A stretch of 64,000 bases of DNA, from assembly GCF_009914755.1 (NCBI RefSeq), contig NC_060925.1; one strand, 5' to 3'. Under the pieces are notes generated by a model. It did no database searches and had not been told where the DNA came from. It worked only from the letters and a program-made list of their open reading frames with translations. The stretch's first letter is position 1. Every line of letters begins with the position of its first letter. This DNA comes from the human T2T-CHM13v2.0 reference genome, Homo sapiens. Shown piece after piece: positions 28,491 through 50,869 of this stretch. A program made the translations under genes and the position numbers.

Positions 28491-29242
28491 AAATGGCTTC
28501 ATCTTTTACAGCCCCCATGGTAAACAGCAATAACATCGAACAAATCATCGAACAATAACATCCACTAAATGGATGATTAGAAAAGAGTAAGATGACAGTC
28601 CGGCCTTTCCCACCCTGAATTTAAGGTGAGGACAGGGTGTACCTCACTTAAACCAATGAAGTCATTTGGTCCATTCACTATCTTAATCAACATGGGATTC
28701 CCTTTTACAACTTTTCAGAATGGTTATTATAAGGTCGAAAATGAAAGGCAAGGTCATTTTCTCCTAAGACTTCATCTTTTCCTTACAACCAAATTGGCCT
28801 TTGTTTGTCAGGCTTAAAATCAAGGTGAAAGGTTCCTTCACTGCTTCCTCTGTGTATAAGAGATAGTGTTGGCTCCATATCTGTTCACCCATCCACCCAT
28901 TTTTTAACATAGCCACATCTTGACTTCTTACAGGAACAAGGACAAGTTGGAGGTAGAGAGGGGAAAAATCTAGTGCATAGCATTTATTTTTGATGTAACA
29001 GTGTATTTTGTCATTTTTTCATTTGTATTTTCAAGTGCATCTCATTGCAAAGTGTTCAGGTCACTTTGCTCTTTGAAGGCTCTCTAATTGACATTAAATC
29101 CATAATGTATTGACGTAGAGTGAATTATAGGAACCTAACAGTAAGAGAAAGGAAAGAGGAGCCACTTATGAGTTGAACTGTCACGGAGCTGCTGTTCCTT
29201 CGGCACTACTGAATGCAAATTCTTGGTATGTTCCTAAGGATG

Positions 29243-29752
29243 CTAGACTTCCCAGTCTACAGAATTTGAGATCTTTCTGTTGAAAAATAAGAAATGTTGG
29301 GGGGTGGCGCCAAGATGGCTGAATAGGAACAGCTCCCGTCTACAGCTCCCAGCTTGAGCGACACAGAAGACGGGTGATTTCTGCATTTCCATCTGAGGTA
29401 CCGGGTTCATCTCACTAGGGAGTGCCAGACAGTGGGCGCAGGACAGTGGGTGCAGCACACCGTGCGCGAGACGAAGCAGGGCGAGGCATTGCCTCGCTCG
29501 GGTAGCGCAAGGGGTCAGGGAGTTCCCTTTCCTAGTCAAAGAAAGGGGTGACAGACGGCACCTGGAAAATCGGGTCACTCCCACCCTAATACCGCGCTTT
29601 TCCGACAGGCTTAAAAAATGGAGCACCACGAGATTATATCCCGCACCTGGCTTGGAGGGTTCTATGCCCACGGAATCTCGCTGATTGCTAGCACAGCAGT
29701 CTGAGATCAAACTGCAAGCCGGCAGCGAGGCTGAGGGAGGGGCGCCCGCCAT
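29243..29752 (-). CDS. L1 ORF0-like open frame (169 aa) reading out of the element into flank
   Basis: Begins MAGAPPSASLPACSLISDCCASNQRDSVG (ORF0 N-terminus); no stop until 29243; expression unknown. Confidence 0.45.
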   Translation of the reverse strand: MAGAPPSASLPACSLISDCCASNQRDSVGIEPSKPGAGYNLVVLHFLSLSEKRGIRVGVTRFSRCRLSPLSLTRKGNSLTPCATRARQCLALLRLAHGVLHPLSCAHCLALPSEMNPVPQMEMQKSPVFCVAQAGSCRRELFLFSHLGATPQHFLFFNRKISNSVDWEV

Positions 29753-30334
29753 TGCCCAGGATTGATTAGGTAAACAAAGCAGCGGGAAGCTCGAACTGGG
29801 TGGAGCCCACCACAGCTCAAGGAGGCCTGCCTGCATCTCTAGGCTACACCTCTGGGGGCAGGGCACAGACAAACAAAAAGACAGCAGTAACCTCTGCAGC
29901 CTTAAATGTCCCTGTCTGACAGCTTTGAAGAGAGCAGTGGTTCTCCCAGCACGCAGCTGGAGATCTGAGAACGGGCAGACTGCCTCCTCAAGTGGGTCCC
30001 TGACCCCTGACCCTTGAGCAGCCTAACTGGGAGGCACCCCGCAGTAGGGGCAGACTGACACCTCACACGGCCGGGTACTCCTCTGAGACAAAACTGCCAG
30101 AGGAATGATCAGACAGCAGCATTCACAGTTCACGAAAACCCGCTGTTCTGCAGCCACCGCTGCTGGTACCCAGGCACACACGGTCTGGAGTGGACCTCTA
30201 GCAAACTCCAACAGACCTGCAGCTGAGGGTCCTGTCTGTTAGAAGGAAAACTAACAAACAGAAAGGACATCTACACCAAAAACCCATCTGTACGTCACCA
30301 TCATCAAAGAACAAAAGTAGATAAAATCACAAAG

Positions 30335-31351
30335 ATGGGGAAAAAACAGAGCAGAAAAACTGGAAACTCTAAAAGGCAGAGCGCCTCTCCTCCTCCAAAG
30401 GAATGCAGCTCCTCACCAGCAACGGAACAAAGCTAGATGAAGAATGACTTTGATGAGCTGAGAGAAGAAGGCTTCAGATGATCAAACCACTCCGAGCTAC
30501 GGGAGGAAATTCAAACCAAAGGCAAAGAAGTTGAAAACTTTGAAAAAAATTTAGACGAATGTATAACTAGAATAACCAATACAGAGAAGTGCTTAAAGGA
30601 GCTGATGGAGCTGAAAGCCAAGGCTCGAGAGCTACATGAAGAATGCAGAAGCCTCAGGAGCCAATGCGATCAACTGGAAGAAAGGGTATCAGTGATGGAA
30701 GATGAAATGAATGAAATGAAGCGAGAAGGGAAGTTTAGAGAAAAAAGAATAAAAAGAAACGAGCAAAGCCTCCAAGGAATATGGGACTATGTGAAAAGAC
30801 CAAACCTACGTCTGATTGGTGTACCTGAAAGTGACGGGGAGAATGGAATCAAGCTGGAAAACACCCTTCAGGATATTATCCAGGAGAACTTCCCCAATCT
30901 AGGAAGGCATGCCAACATTCAAATTCAGGAAATACAGAGAATGCCACAAAGATATTCCTCAAGAAGAGCAACTCCAAGACACATAATTGTCAGATTCACC
31001 AAAGTTGAAATGAAGGAAAAAATGTTAAGGGCAGCCAGAGAGAAAGGTCGGGTTACCCACAAAGGGAAGCCCATCAGACTAACAGTGGATCTCTCGGCAG
31101 AAACTCTACAACCCAGAAGAGAGTGGGGGCCAATATTCAACATTCTTAAAGAAAAGAATTTTCAACTCAGAATTTCATATCCAGCCAAACTAAGCTTCAT
31201 AAGTGAAGGGGAAATAAAATACTTTACAGATAAGCAGATGCTGAGAGATTTTGTCACCACCAGGCCTGCCCTAAAAGAGCTCCTGAAGGAAGCACTAAAC
31301 ATGGAAAGGAACAACCGGTACCAGCCACTGCAAAATCATGCCAAATTGTAA
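30335..31351 (+). pseudogene. L1a ORF1p, disrupted
   Basis: ATG at 30335; premature TAG at 30434-30436 and TGA near 30479; C-terminal 248 aa open. Confidence 0.95.
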
Positions 31352-31414
31352 AGACCATCAAGGCTAGGAAGAAACTGCATCAACTAACGAGCAAAATAAC
31401 CAACTAACATCATA

Positions 31415-35260
<3,846 letters not shown>

Positions 35261-35559
35261 ACAATGAGAACACATGGACACGGGAAGGGGAACATCACAC
35301 TCTGGGGACTGTTGTGGGGTGGGGTGAGGGGAGAGGGATAGCATTAGGAGATATACCTAATGCTAAATGACGAGTTAATGGGTGCAGCACACCAGCATGG
35401 CACATGTATACATATGTAACTAACCTGCACATTGTACACATGTACCCTAAAACTTAAAGTATAATAATAATAAAATAAAATAAAATAAAAAAGAAAAATA
35501 AGAAATGTTGTATATATTCAAATCATCTTAACATATCATTTCATTCAAATGCATGCTCT

Positions 35560-35880
35560 GAATGCATTGCTAGCTATTTAACCCTGGGAAAGATACTTAC
35601 AGTCTTCTTCCCTCAGTTCCCTTGTCTATAAAATAAAACTGTCTAACTTGTAGGATAGTTTTTAAAAATAAATGAATTAATGCATGTAAAGCAGTTAAAA
35701 CCATACCTGATACATAATAAGGGAACTGTAAATTTTAGCTCTATTTGTGTTACTTAATATCTCATTTGAGTCACATAACAACCTTATGAAATAAGATGGG
35801 TACACAGTATTATTTTAGTTTACAACTAGATTTCAGAAAGATTATGGGACTTTCCCACAATCATACAGCTAGTCAGTCTG
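35560..35880. mobile_element. Two MIR relics in opposite orientation
   Basis: CCTCAGTTCCCTTGTCTATAAAAT..ATGTAAAGCAGTTA (+); TCTCATTTGAGTCACATAACAACCTTATGA (-). Confidence 0.65.
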
Positions 35881-36252
35881 AGAAAATTAGAAAAATGGCA
35901 CTTGACATATAGTAAGTGCTCAACCAGTGTTTGCTGCTGTTGTCACTCTGATTTGGCAATGCTAAGTTCCAATTCCAGATTTTCTGACTCCAGTCCCAAA
36001 TTAGTTTCTTTCTTTCATTTTTTTTTCTTTTTCCCTGCACTCAGGTTTCTATAGTGAATAGAATTATTCACTATAGAACTCAGAACTATTCAGTTTAGAA
36101 CTGAAATACTAGCCAGACCTTGCAAGCAACACTATTACTTATAAGGTACTTCAATACCCAAGTTTTCCAAGTATTAACAAAATAAAATAAACTTGATGCC
36201 TCAAATTAAGACCAAGACTAAAAAAAATAGATCACACAAAAGTTATGCTCAG

Positions 36253-39200
36253 GAGGATTAGGAGGAAGATGGCAAATAAGAGACAGGGCTAATGTGCAGC
36301 TCCCACTTGGACCAACAGAACAGTGTGTGGAGACTCACATCGTTTTGCTCCAAGAACCACCACAGGAATGCACCAGGAAAACTGAAAGAATTCATGGATC
36401 CTTTGAAGGAAGCGGCATGCTACAGCAAATTTCATGAGACAGGCAAAAAACTGTAAGTTCCCAAAGTGTGAGAGGGGAAAACCTTCCTCCAAACATACAT
36501 CCCCATGGGGGAATCTGAAAATCCAGATCACAGGATAAGGACTTAACCTTATCTAGTGCTGAAATGGATTTAGGGGCCTGCACAAAATCTAAAAGTAGAA
36601 GCAGCAGCAGGAAGAGCCCTGTAGGCACTCCCAGTCTCCAGCCTGAGCCCAAGGAAGCCATCCCTGACTATAACTCATGGAGGTCCTTGGGGAAGACAGC
36701 CAGCTGAACTGGGCGGTGGGGAGGTCACAGGGTGAAATAAGCTTCCAAATGAAATTTGTAATAATTTTGACTGGGCACAAATTTTCTCGAGCAGAATCCG
36801 AGGTGTGAACAGAAACTGCTGCATATACAAGCACAGGAGCTGCTGCCGAAATTGTGGGCAGACAGGGAGGGACAAGACCTGAAAGCCATGCTTGCTTTCT
36901 CAGCAGAGAAACTTAAGGCCTGGAACAAGGTCTGAGCAGGGCACTGCAGGAGCAAGACCACCCACCAACTGTGTGGCAGCTGGGTGAAGTCTTTAACTAC
37001 CAGCTATCTCCTAGTTTTCTGGAAAACTATATGACACAGCAGAGGCAGCTATAATCCCCTCTGGAGCATAACTCCATTGGCCTGAGAACCACACCCCCAT
37101 CCCTGACAGTGGTCATGGCAAGCCCCACCCAAGGAGAGCCTGAGCCCAGACCCATCTAAGCCTGCCCCCACCTGATGGTATTTCTCTACCTGCCCTGGTA
37201 GCCAAACACATAAGACATAAACTCTTGGGAGGTTTATGGCCCCACCCATCACCTGAGAAAACAAAATACTTGCCCTGGCCAACTTAGGGCAAACTTAGAT
37301 CCCTCTACTACTATTGAAGCTGGTGTTCTCTTGAAAGTGCCACCTCCTGGCTGGAGGCCAACGAACTTTGGCCATTATAGCGACTCATGACAGAATAACC
37401 CTACTCCCACGAAGAAGAAAACAATGACTAAGTTCAATGCCTGCAACACCCTGGCTAACAGTGGTCCTGAGTGTGTCCACATGACTTCACTAGTAGCATA
37501 ACCAGCATTAGAGAAAGCCAGCACACAGATATAAACATATCTACAACCAAGGACTTTCAGAGTCTACTTTACTCCCCTACCACCCACAGCAGAGCAGGTG
37601 CTGGTATGCATAGCTGGGAAACCTGAAGATGGATAACATCACAGGACTCTTTGCAGACATTCCCCAGCACCAGCCCAAAGCCTGGTAGCTAGACCCAGAA
37701 GAGCAGTAACAATCACTGCTGTCTGGCTTTCAGGAAGCCTCATCCCTGGGGGAAGGAAGAGAGTATCACATTAAGGGATCAGCTCGTGGGGCAAAAGAAT
37801 CTGAACAGAAGGCCTTGGGTTCCAGACTTTTCCACTGAAATAGTCTACCCAAATGAGAAGGAACCAGAAAAGTAATTCTGCTAATATGACAAAATAGGGT
37901 TCTATAACACCCCTGAAAGATCACACTAGCTCCCCAGAAATAAATCCAAACCAAGAAGAAATCTTTGAATTGCTAGAAAAAGAATTCAGATGCTTGATTA
38001 TTAAGCTATTCATAGAGATACCAGAGAAAGGTGAAAAACACCTTAAATAAACTTTAAAAAACAATAGAGGATGTGGATGAAAAATTCTCCACAGAAATAG
38101 ATATCATAAAGAAAAAACAATCACAATTTCTGGAAATGAAAGACACACTTAGAGAAATACAAAATGCACTGGAAAGGTTTAAAAATAGACTAGAACAAGT
38201 AGAAGAAAGAACTTCAGAACTCGAAGACTAGGCTTTCAAATTAACCCAATCAGACAAAGACAAAGAAAAAAGACTTTTTGAAAATAATCAAAGCCTCCAA
38301 GAAATTTGGGATTATATTAAATGGTCAAAGCTAATAATTGGTGTTCCTAAGGAAAAAGAGAAATCTAAAAGTTTGGGAAAATTTTTGAGGGAATAATTGA
38401 GGAAAACTTCCCCAGCCTTGCTAGGACCTAGACATCCAAATACAAGAAGCTCAAAGAACACCTGGGAAATTCATTGCAAAAAGATCATCAGCTAGGCACA
38501 GGTTATCTAATGTCAAGATGGAGGAAAGAATCTTAAGAGCTGTGAGACAAAAGCATCAGGTAACCTATAAGGGAAAACCTATCAGATTAATGATAGATTT
38601 CTCAGCAGAAACCTTATAAGCCAGAAGGGATTCGGATTCTATCTTTAGCCTCCTCAAACAAAATAACTGTCAGCCAAGAATTTTGTATCCAGTGAAACTA
38701 AGCTTCATAAATGAAGCACAGATAAGATCTTTTTCAGACAAACAAATATTGAGAGATTTTGCCACGTCCAAGCTAGCACTATAAGAAATGTTAAAAGGAT
38801 TTCTAAATCTTGAAATGAAATCTTAAAGTGCACCAAAACAGAACCTCTTTAAAGCATAACTCTCACATGGCCTATAAAACAATAACAGAATGAAAATTTA
38901 AAGAAAGGTATTTAGGCAACAACTAGCATGATGAATAGAACAGTACCTCACATCTCAACACCAATGTTGAATGTAAATGGCTTAAATGCCCACTTAAAAG
39001 ATACAGAATGGCAGAATGGATAAAAATCCAACAAGTATCTGCTGTCTTCAAGAGGCTCACCTAACACATAAGACCTCACACAAACTTAAGATAAAGGGGT
39101 GAAAAAGATATTCCACGCAAATGGAAATGAAAAGCAGGCAGGAGAAGCTATTCTTATATCAGACAAAATAGACTTTAAAACAACAACAGTTAAAAAAAAT

Positions 39201-42200
39201 ACAAAGAGAGACTTTATATACTAATAAAAGGATTAGTCCAACAGGAAAATATCACAATCTTAAATATATATATGATCTAACACTAGAGGTCCCAAATGTA
39301 TAAAACAATTACTACTGGACCTAAGAAATGAGATAGACGGCAATACAATAATACTAGGAGACTTCAATACTCCACAGACAGCACTAGACAGGTCATCAAA
39401 ATAGAAAGTCAAAAAAGAAACAATGGACTTAAACTATACCCTAGAACAAATGGACTTAGCAGATATTTACAGAACATTCTACCCAACAACTTCAGAATTT
39501 ACATTCTTTTCATCAACACATGAAACATCCTCCAAGATAGACCATATGATAGGTCACGAGTCTCAATACATCAAAATTATATCAAGTGTCCTCTGAGACC
39601 ACAATGGAATAAAACAGGAAATTAGCTCCAAAAGGAACCCTCAAAACTATACAAATACATGAAAATTAAATAATCAGCTCTGGAATGATCGTTGTGTCAA
39701 CAATGAAATTAAGACGGAAATTAAAGAATTCTTTGAACTGAATGATAATAGTGATACAAAACCTCTGGGATACAGCAAAGATGGTGCTAAGAGGAAAGTT
39801 CATAGCATTAAATATCTACAGCAAAAAGTCTGAAAGAGCACAAACATACAATCTAAGGTCACACCTCAAGGAACTAGAGCAACAAGAACAAACCAAACCC
39901 AAATCCAGCAGAAGAAAAGAAATAACAAAGGTCAGAACAGAACTGAATGAAATTGAAACAAACAAAAATACAAAAGATAAATGAAACCAAAGCTGGTTCC
40001 TTGAAAAGATAAACAAAATTGATAGACCATTAATGAGATTAACCAAAAAAAGAAGAGAGAAGTTCCAAATAAGCTCAACTAGAAATAAAAAGGGAGATAT
40101 TACAACCAATATCACAGAAACCCAAAAGATCATTCAATGCTACTATGTAAACCTTCATATGCACAAACTAGAAAATCTAGAGGAGATGGATAAATTCCTG
40201 GAAATATACAACCCTCCTAGACTAGTCAGGAAGAAATAAAAACTCTGAACAGACCAATAACATGTAGCAAGATTGAAACAGTAATTTTTAAAATTGCCAA
40301 CAAATAAAAGAGTCCAGGACCAGATGGATTCACAGCTGAATTCTATCAGGCATTCAAAGAATTAGTACCAATCTTAATCAAACTATTCCAAAAGATAGAG
40401 AAAGAGTGAATCCTCCCTAAATCATTCTATGCAATGAGTATCACCCTAATACCAAAGCCAGGAAACGACATAACAGAAAAAGAAAACTACAGACTAATAT
40501 CCTGCATGAACATAGATGCAAAAATCCTCAACAAAATATTAGCTAACTGAATCCAACAGCATATTGAAAAGAATATCCACCATGATCAAGTGGGTTTCAT
40601 ACCAGGGACGCAGGTATGGTTTTACATATGCAAGTCAATAAATGTGATACATCACATAAGCAGAATTTAAAAATCATATGGTCATCTCAATAGACACAAA
40701 AAAAGCATTTGACAAAATCCAGCATCCTTTTACGATTAAAATCCACAGCAAAATTGACAAACAAGGGACATACCTCAAGGTAATAAAAGCCATCTATTAC
40801 AAATCCATAGCCAACATTATATTGAATGGGAAAAAGTTGAAAGCATTCTCCCTGAGAACTAGAACAAAACAAGAACGCCCACTTTCACTACTTCTATTCA
40901 ACATAAAACTGGAAGTCCTAGCCAGAGCAAACAGACAAGAGGAAGAAATAAAGGGCATCCAAATCGGTTAAGAGGATGTCAAACTGTCGCTGTTCACAGA
41001 TGTTATGATTACATATCTAGAAAACTCTAAAGCCTTGTGCAAACAGCTCCTGGGTCTGATAAATGAATTCAGAAAAGTTTCAGAATATAAAATCTCAGTG
41101 TACACAAATCAGTAGCACTGCTACATACCAACAGCAACCAAGCTGAGAATCAAATCAAGAACTCAATCCCCTTTACAACAGCTGTGAAAATAAAATAAAA
41201 TATTTGGGAATATACCTAACCAAGGAGGTGAAACATCTCTGCAAGGAAAACTACAAAATGCTGCTGAAATAAATCATAGGCGACACAAACAAATGGAAAC
41301 ACATACCACATTCATGGATGGGTAGAATCAGTATTGTGAAAATGACTATACTGCCTAAAGCGATCTGCAGATTCAGTGCAATTCCCATCAAAATACCATC
41401 ATCATTCTTCACAGAACTAGAAAAAAAATCATAAAATTCCTATGGAACAAAAAGTAAGAGCCTACATAGCCAAAGCAAGACTAAGCAAAAAGCACAAATC
41501 TGGGGGCATCACATTATCCCACTTCAAACTATACTACAAGGGTATTAAAAATAAGAATGTAGACTAATGGAACAGAATAGAAAACCCAGAAATAAAGCCA
41601 AATACGTACAACCAACTGATCTTCAACAAAGCAAACAAAAGCATATAGTGGGGAAAGAACATCCTATACAACAAATGGTACTGGGATAATTGGCAAGCCA
41701 CATGTAAAAGAATAAAACTGTATCCTCATCTCTCACCTTATACAAAAATCAACTCAAGATGGATCAAAAACTTAAATCTAAAACCTGAAACCATAAAAAT
41801 TCTGGAAGGTAATACCAGAAAAACTCTTGTAGACACTGGCTTAGGCAAAGAATTTATGATCAAGAACCAGACAGCAAATGCAACAAAAACAAATAAATAG
41901 ATGGGACCTAATTAAACTAAAAAGCTTCTGCACAGCAAAAGAAATAATCAGCAGAGTAAACAGACAACCCACAGACTGGGAGAAAATATTAACAAACTAT
42001 GCACCCGACAAAGGACTAATGTCTATAACCTATAAGGAACTCAAACAAATCAGCATTAAAAAAATAATAATCTTATCAAAAAGTGGGCAAATGACATGAA
42101 TAGACGATTCTCAAAAGAAGATATACAAGTGGACAGTAAAATAAGAAAAAATGCTCACCATCACCAATTATCAGGGAAATGCAAATTAAAATCACATTGA

Positions 42201-42534
42201 GATACCACCTTACTCCTGCAAGAATGGCCATAATTTAAAAATCAAAAAATAATAGATGTTGGTGTGGATGTGGTGAAAAAGGAACACTTTTACACTGCTG
42301 GTAAGAATGTAAACTAATATAATCACTATGGAAAACAGTATGCAGATTCCTTGAAGAACAAAAAGTAGAACTACCATATGATCCAGCAATCCCACTACTG
42401 AGTATCTACCCAGAGGAAAAGAAGTCATATGAAAAAGACACATGGACATGCATGTTTATAGCAGCACAATTCACAATTGCACAAATATGGAACCAGCCTA
42501 AATCCCCATCAACCAATGAGTAGATAAAGAAAAT

Positions 42535-42574
<40 letters not shown>

Positions 42575-42945
42575 TAGTATACATATACACACCATGGAAA
42601 ACTACTCAGTCATAAAAAGAAATGACATAATGGCATTTGCAGCAACCTGGATGCAGTCAGAGACTTATTCTAAGTAAAGCAACCCAGGAATGTAAAACCA
42701 AACATCGTATGTTCTCACTTGTAAGTGGGAGCTAAGCTATAAGGACACAAAAGAATAAGAATGATATAATGGACTTTGGGGACTCGGGGGAAGGGTGAAG
42801 GGTGGATGAGGGATAAAAGACTACACATTTGGTACAGTATACACTGCTTGGGTGATGGGGAGCGCCAAAATCTCAGATATCACCGCTAAAAAACTTACCC
42901 ATGTAACCAAAAACCACCTGTTTCCAAAACACTATTAAAATAAAA
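36253..42945 (+). mobile_element. Full-length old primate LINE-1, L1PB1-like, heavily decayed
   Basis: GGAAGATGGC 5' start, long 5'UTR, decayed ORF1/ORF2, L1PB-type 3'UTR (GGGATAAAAGACTACACATT); degenerate TSD AAAAGTTATGCTCAG / AAAACTCATACTCAG; internal (TA)n near 42539-42590. Confidence 0.9.
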
Positions 42946-43192
42946 ACTCATACTCAGACCTTGGATCAACTTTATATTTTTGTTTTTTATTTAGAGGCAA
43001 TGCATATTTTTTCTCTATACTTTCAGAAGCAGACCAAAAACATTCATAATGATAAGTAATGCATGGGTTTCTTTGTTTGTTTGTTAAGTTACATCCTCTT
43101 GAGTGTTGATGGGATTGGAAAAATTAATGTTAAGGGGTGAGGAGAGTGTGGAAGAAAGAAGTGATGGGAAGAAATTAAATAAATAAAACTGG

Positions 43193-43879
43193 AAAGTCTC
43201 AGAATATAAAATCAATGTGCAAAAATCACAAGCATTCCAAAACACCAATAATAGAGAGCCAAATCATGAGTGAACTCCCATTCATAATTGCTACAAAGAC
43301 AATAAAATACCTAGGAATCCAACTTACAAGGGAAAGGAAGGACCTCTTCAAGGAGAACTACAAACCACTGCTCAAGGAACTAAGAGAGGACACAAACAAA
43401 CGGAAAAAAATTCCATGCTCATGGATAGGAAGAATCAATATCGTGCAAATGGTCATACTGCCCAAAGTAATTTATAGATTCAATGCTATCCCCATCAAGC
43501 TACCATGAACTTTCTTCACAGAATTAGAAAAAAAAAACTACTTTAAATGTCATATGGAACCAACAAAGAGCCCATATAGCCAAGACTATCCTAAGCAAAA
43601 AGAACAAAGCTGGAGGCATCACGCTACCTGACTTCAAACTATACTACAAGGCTACCGTAACCAAAATAGCATGACACTGGTACCAAAACTGATATATAGA
43701 CCAATGGAACAGAACAGAGGCCTCAGAAATAACACCACACATCTACAACCATCTGATCTTTGACAAACCTGACAAGAACAAGCAATGGGGAAAGGATTCC
43801 CTATTTAATAAATAGTGCTGGGAAAACTGGCTACCCATATGCAGAAAACTGAAACAGGACCCCCTCCTTATATCATATA
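43193..43879 (+). mobile_element. L1PA7-like ORF2 fragment lacking both ends
   Basis: ORF2 peptide [13 protein letters not shown]..; ends abruptly at GGACCCCCTCCTTATATCATATA. Confidence 0.92.
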
Positions 43880-48702
<4,823 letters not shown>

Positions 48703-49514
48703 GGAGTCCTGCTATCCTACACTGCCATGTGCTCCTAGGAGCAGAGGCCTTGAGGAGGTCTCCAAGAAATCACAAACTTTCCACTGCTGAACATGTGCCT
48801 GAAATGAGTGATCCTAAGGAGCAAAGGTTGGGTTTGCAAACTTCATTCCTCCAATCTCCAATAAATACAAAAGAAAACTTGGACCCTCTTCAAATAGGCT
48901 CAGCTGTTATATGGGTTTTATGCAAGAAGCTGTTCACGTATAGATTGCTCTTTGAAAGTATTTGAGAGTCTTTGAACCAAAAAAAAAAAAAAAAACACAC
49001 ACACATAAAGTATGTCTTTTTTATCAGTCCCTTCCACCTCGGTGTCCCAGGTTGACCCCTCCTTCCCTGGAGAATTGTTTTTAGGGAACACTTTAAGCTG
49101 AGTAAATTGGCTGACAGCCCTATCTCCTGGGTAATTCCAATTCAGCAGCTTTTATGGGTTGTTATTATACTGGAGTCTCACACTTAAGGTCAACGAGTCT
49201 TTCTCTTATTACCCTCAGTATTTGCTTTGGCAATACCTTGGTTGTAAGGCTAAATTATTTACATACAATCAAAATATAAGTTATATATATTAAGGAAGGC
49301 TGAATTCACTATTCACAGTTAAAGTTCATCCCTACTTTAAGACCCAGGAAGGTAGTAATTGGGGTTCATTGTAATGTCCACACACACATCCCTACTACCA
49401 CCTCCAGTACTCAGCACACCATTCATTTATCCCAAAAATACTTACTGATCATCTATGAAGTGGAATTGCAAATTTATCTCATTCTACAATTTGATTGTGC
49501 AAAGGAAATATTTA

Positions 49515-49725
49515 AGAACATAGGCTCGAGTTTCAAACTGCCTGGTTTTGAATTCTGGTTCTATCATTCCATAGCTATGTGCCTTGGGGGAAATTTCCTA
49601 GCCTTTCTGTGCCTTAATTTCCTCATAAGCAAAATAGGGACAGCCATAATAACTACTGCAGAGGGTTACTGTGATTAAGTCTGGCACATTCCTCATACAT
49701 AGTAAGTGTCAGTAACTGTTAGTAA
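49515..49725 (+). mobile_element. MIR relic
   Basis: ACTGCCTGGTTTTGAATTCTGG..TCTGTGCCTTAATTTCCTCAT..CATAGTAAGTG. Confidence 0.8.
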
Positions 49726-50869
49726 GCATCATTTTTTTATGTAATTCGCACTTTCCTTCTAACTCCTCTTCTACTAGTTAATGGGAATAAAATAACTTAA
49801 TGTCCATAAGATTTAAAAACACTTTAAGTAAATGTCAATCTCTTTAGGAAAAACTGACTAGTCACTCAGATTTTAGTCTTCCATACCATCCCCACCTTTC
49901 TTCTCCAAGGCAACATCGTGAAGAAGTATGGCTCACAGAGCATGGTGACAGAGAGAAAGAATCAGAGAACTAAGGCATGATGTTCTCCACGCCCTCCCAC
50001 CTCCAGGGAGATTTGTCTTCTGCGCAGTTGCCAGAAGCCCTGTTGGACACAATGCTGGCATTTGCAACAGATGAACTCATAATCATTCCATTAGTTTAGC
50101 ATCAGGCACTGCTCCCTGGAAGCCAGGGTCACCTTCCCTTCATGATTTAGTCACACCTACATGCTCCCTACCACTACAGTCCCTCTGGAGGTCTAGCTGT
50201 GACTCCCACTCTGTCCTAGCCTGAACCATCTACCCTGCAGTTCATTTCTACAGAACCCCTTGCCCTGGTACACTAAGCCCCTCTAGCCCAAGTCCCCAGC
50301 ACACCTCAGCTACATTTGGGTCCAATTCATGCCTCTATAAGCAAGGGCATCTCCAGAAAGCTACGACTTAAGGCTGCTCCTCTGTCTCACAACACTGAGC
50401 TACTAAGCTGACATTGCCTTTCCAAAGTTTGATGTAGGAGCAGCCCTTGAGACTTTCTTCTTTCAGAGAGTGAGGAAGGAACCCCCTCATTTACTGGTGT
50501 TCCCTTTAGCTTATCTTACACACCTCTCCGTTCCAGAGCATCATCCAGAAAGGATGAATAAAAACCCACAGGTCTAACCCCTTCCTTGCTCTCTTCCCTT
50601 CCCTCTTTCCACAGCCCCCAGAACCTGAATGTCCTCTATTATCATTATAGCTAAGCCAATGATCATAGGGGGAAAGTGTCTCTTCTTTATAATACATTAA
50701 TTCTAGGAGCCTGGGCCTTGACAAATTAAGCAGAGATATAAAAGAATTTAGAAATATCATTATTATGCCAGAAGTTGAATATTCCTTCTCCCCCAGACAG
50801 AAAGAAGCCTCAGACCAATTAGGGAAATCAAGGACATAATTTCCATTGCCCTCATTAGAATTGACCAAG

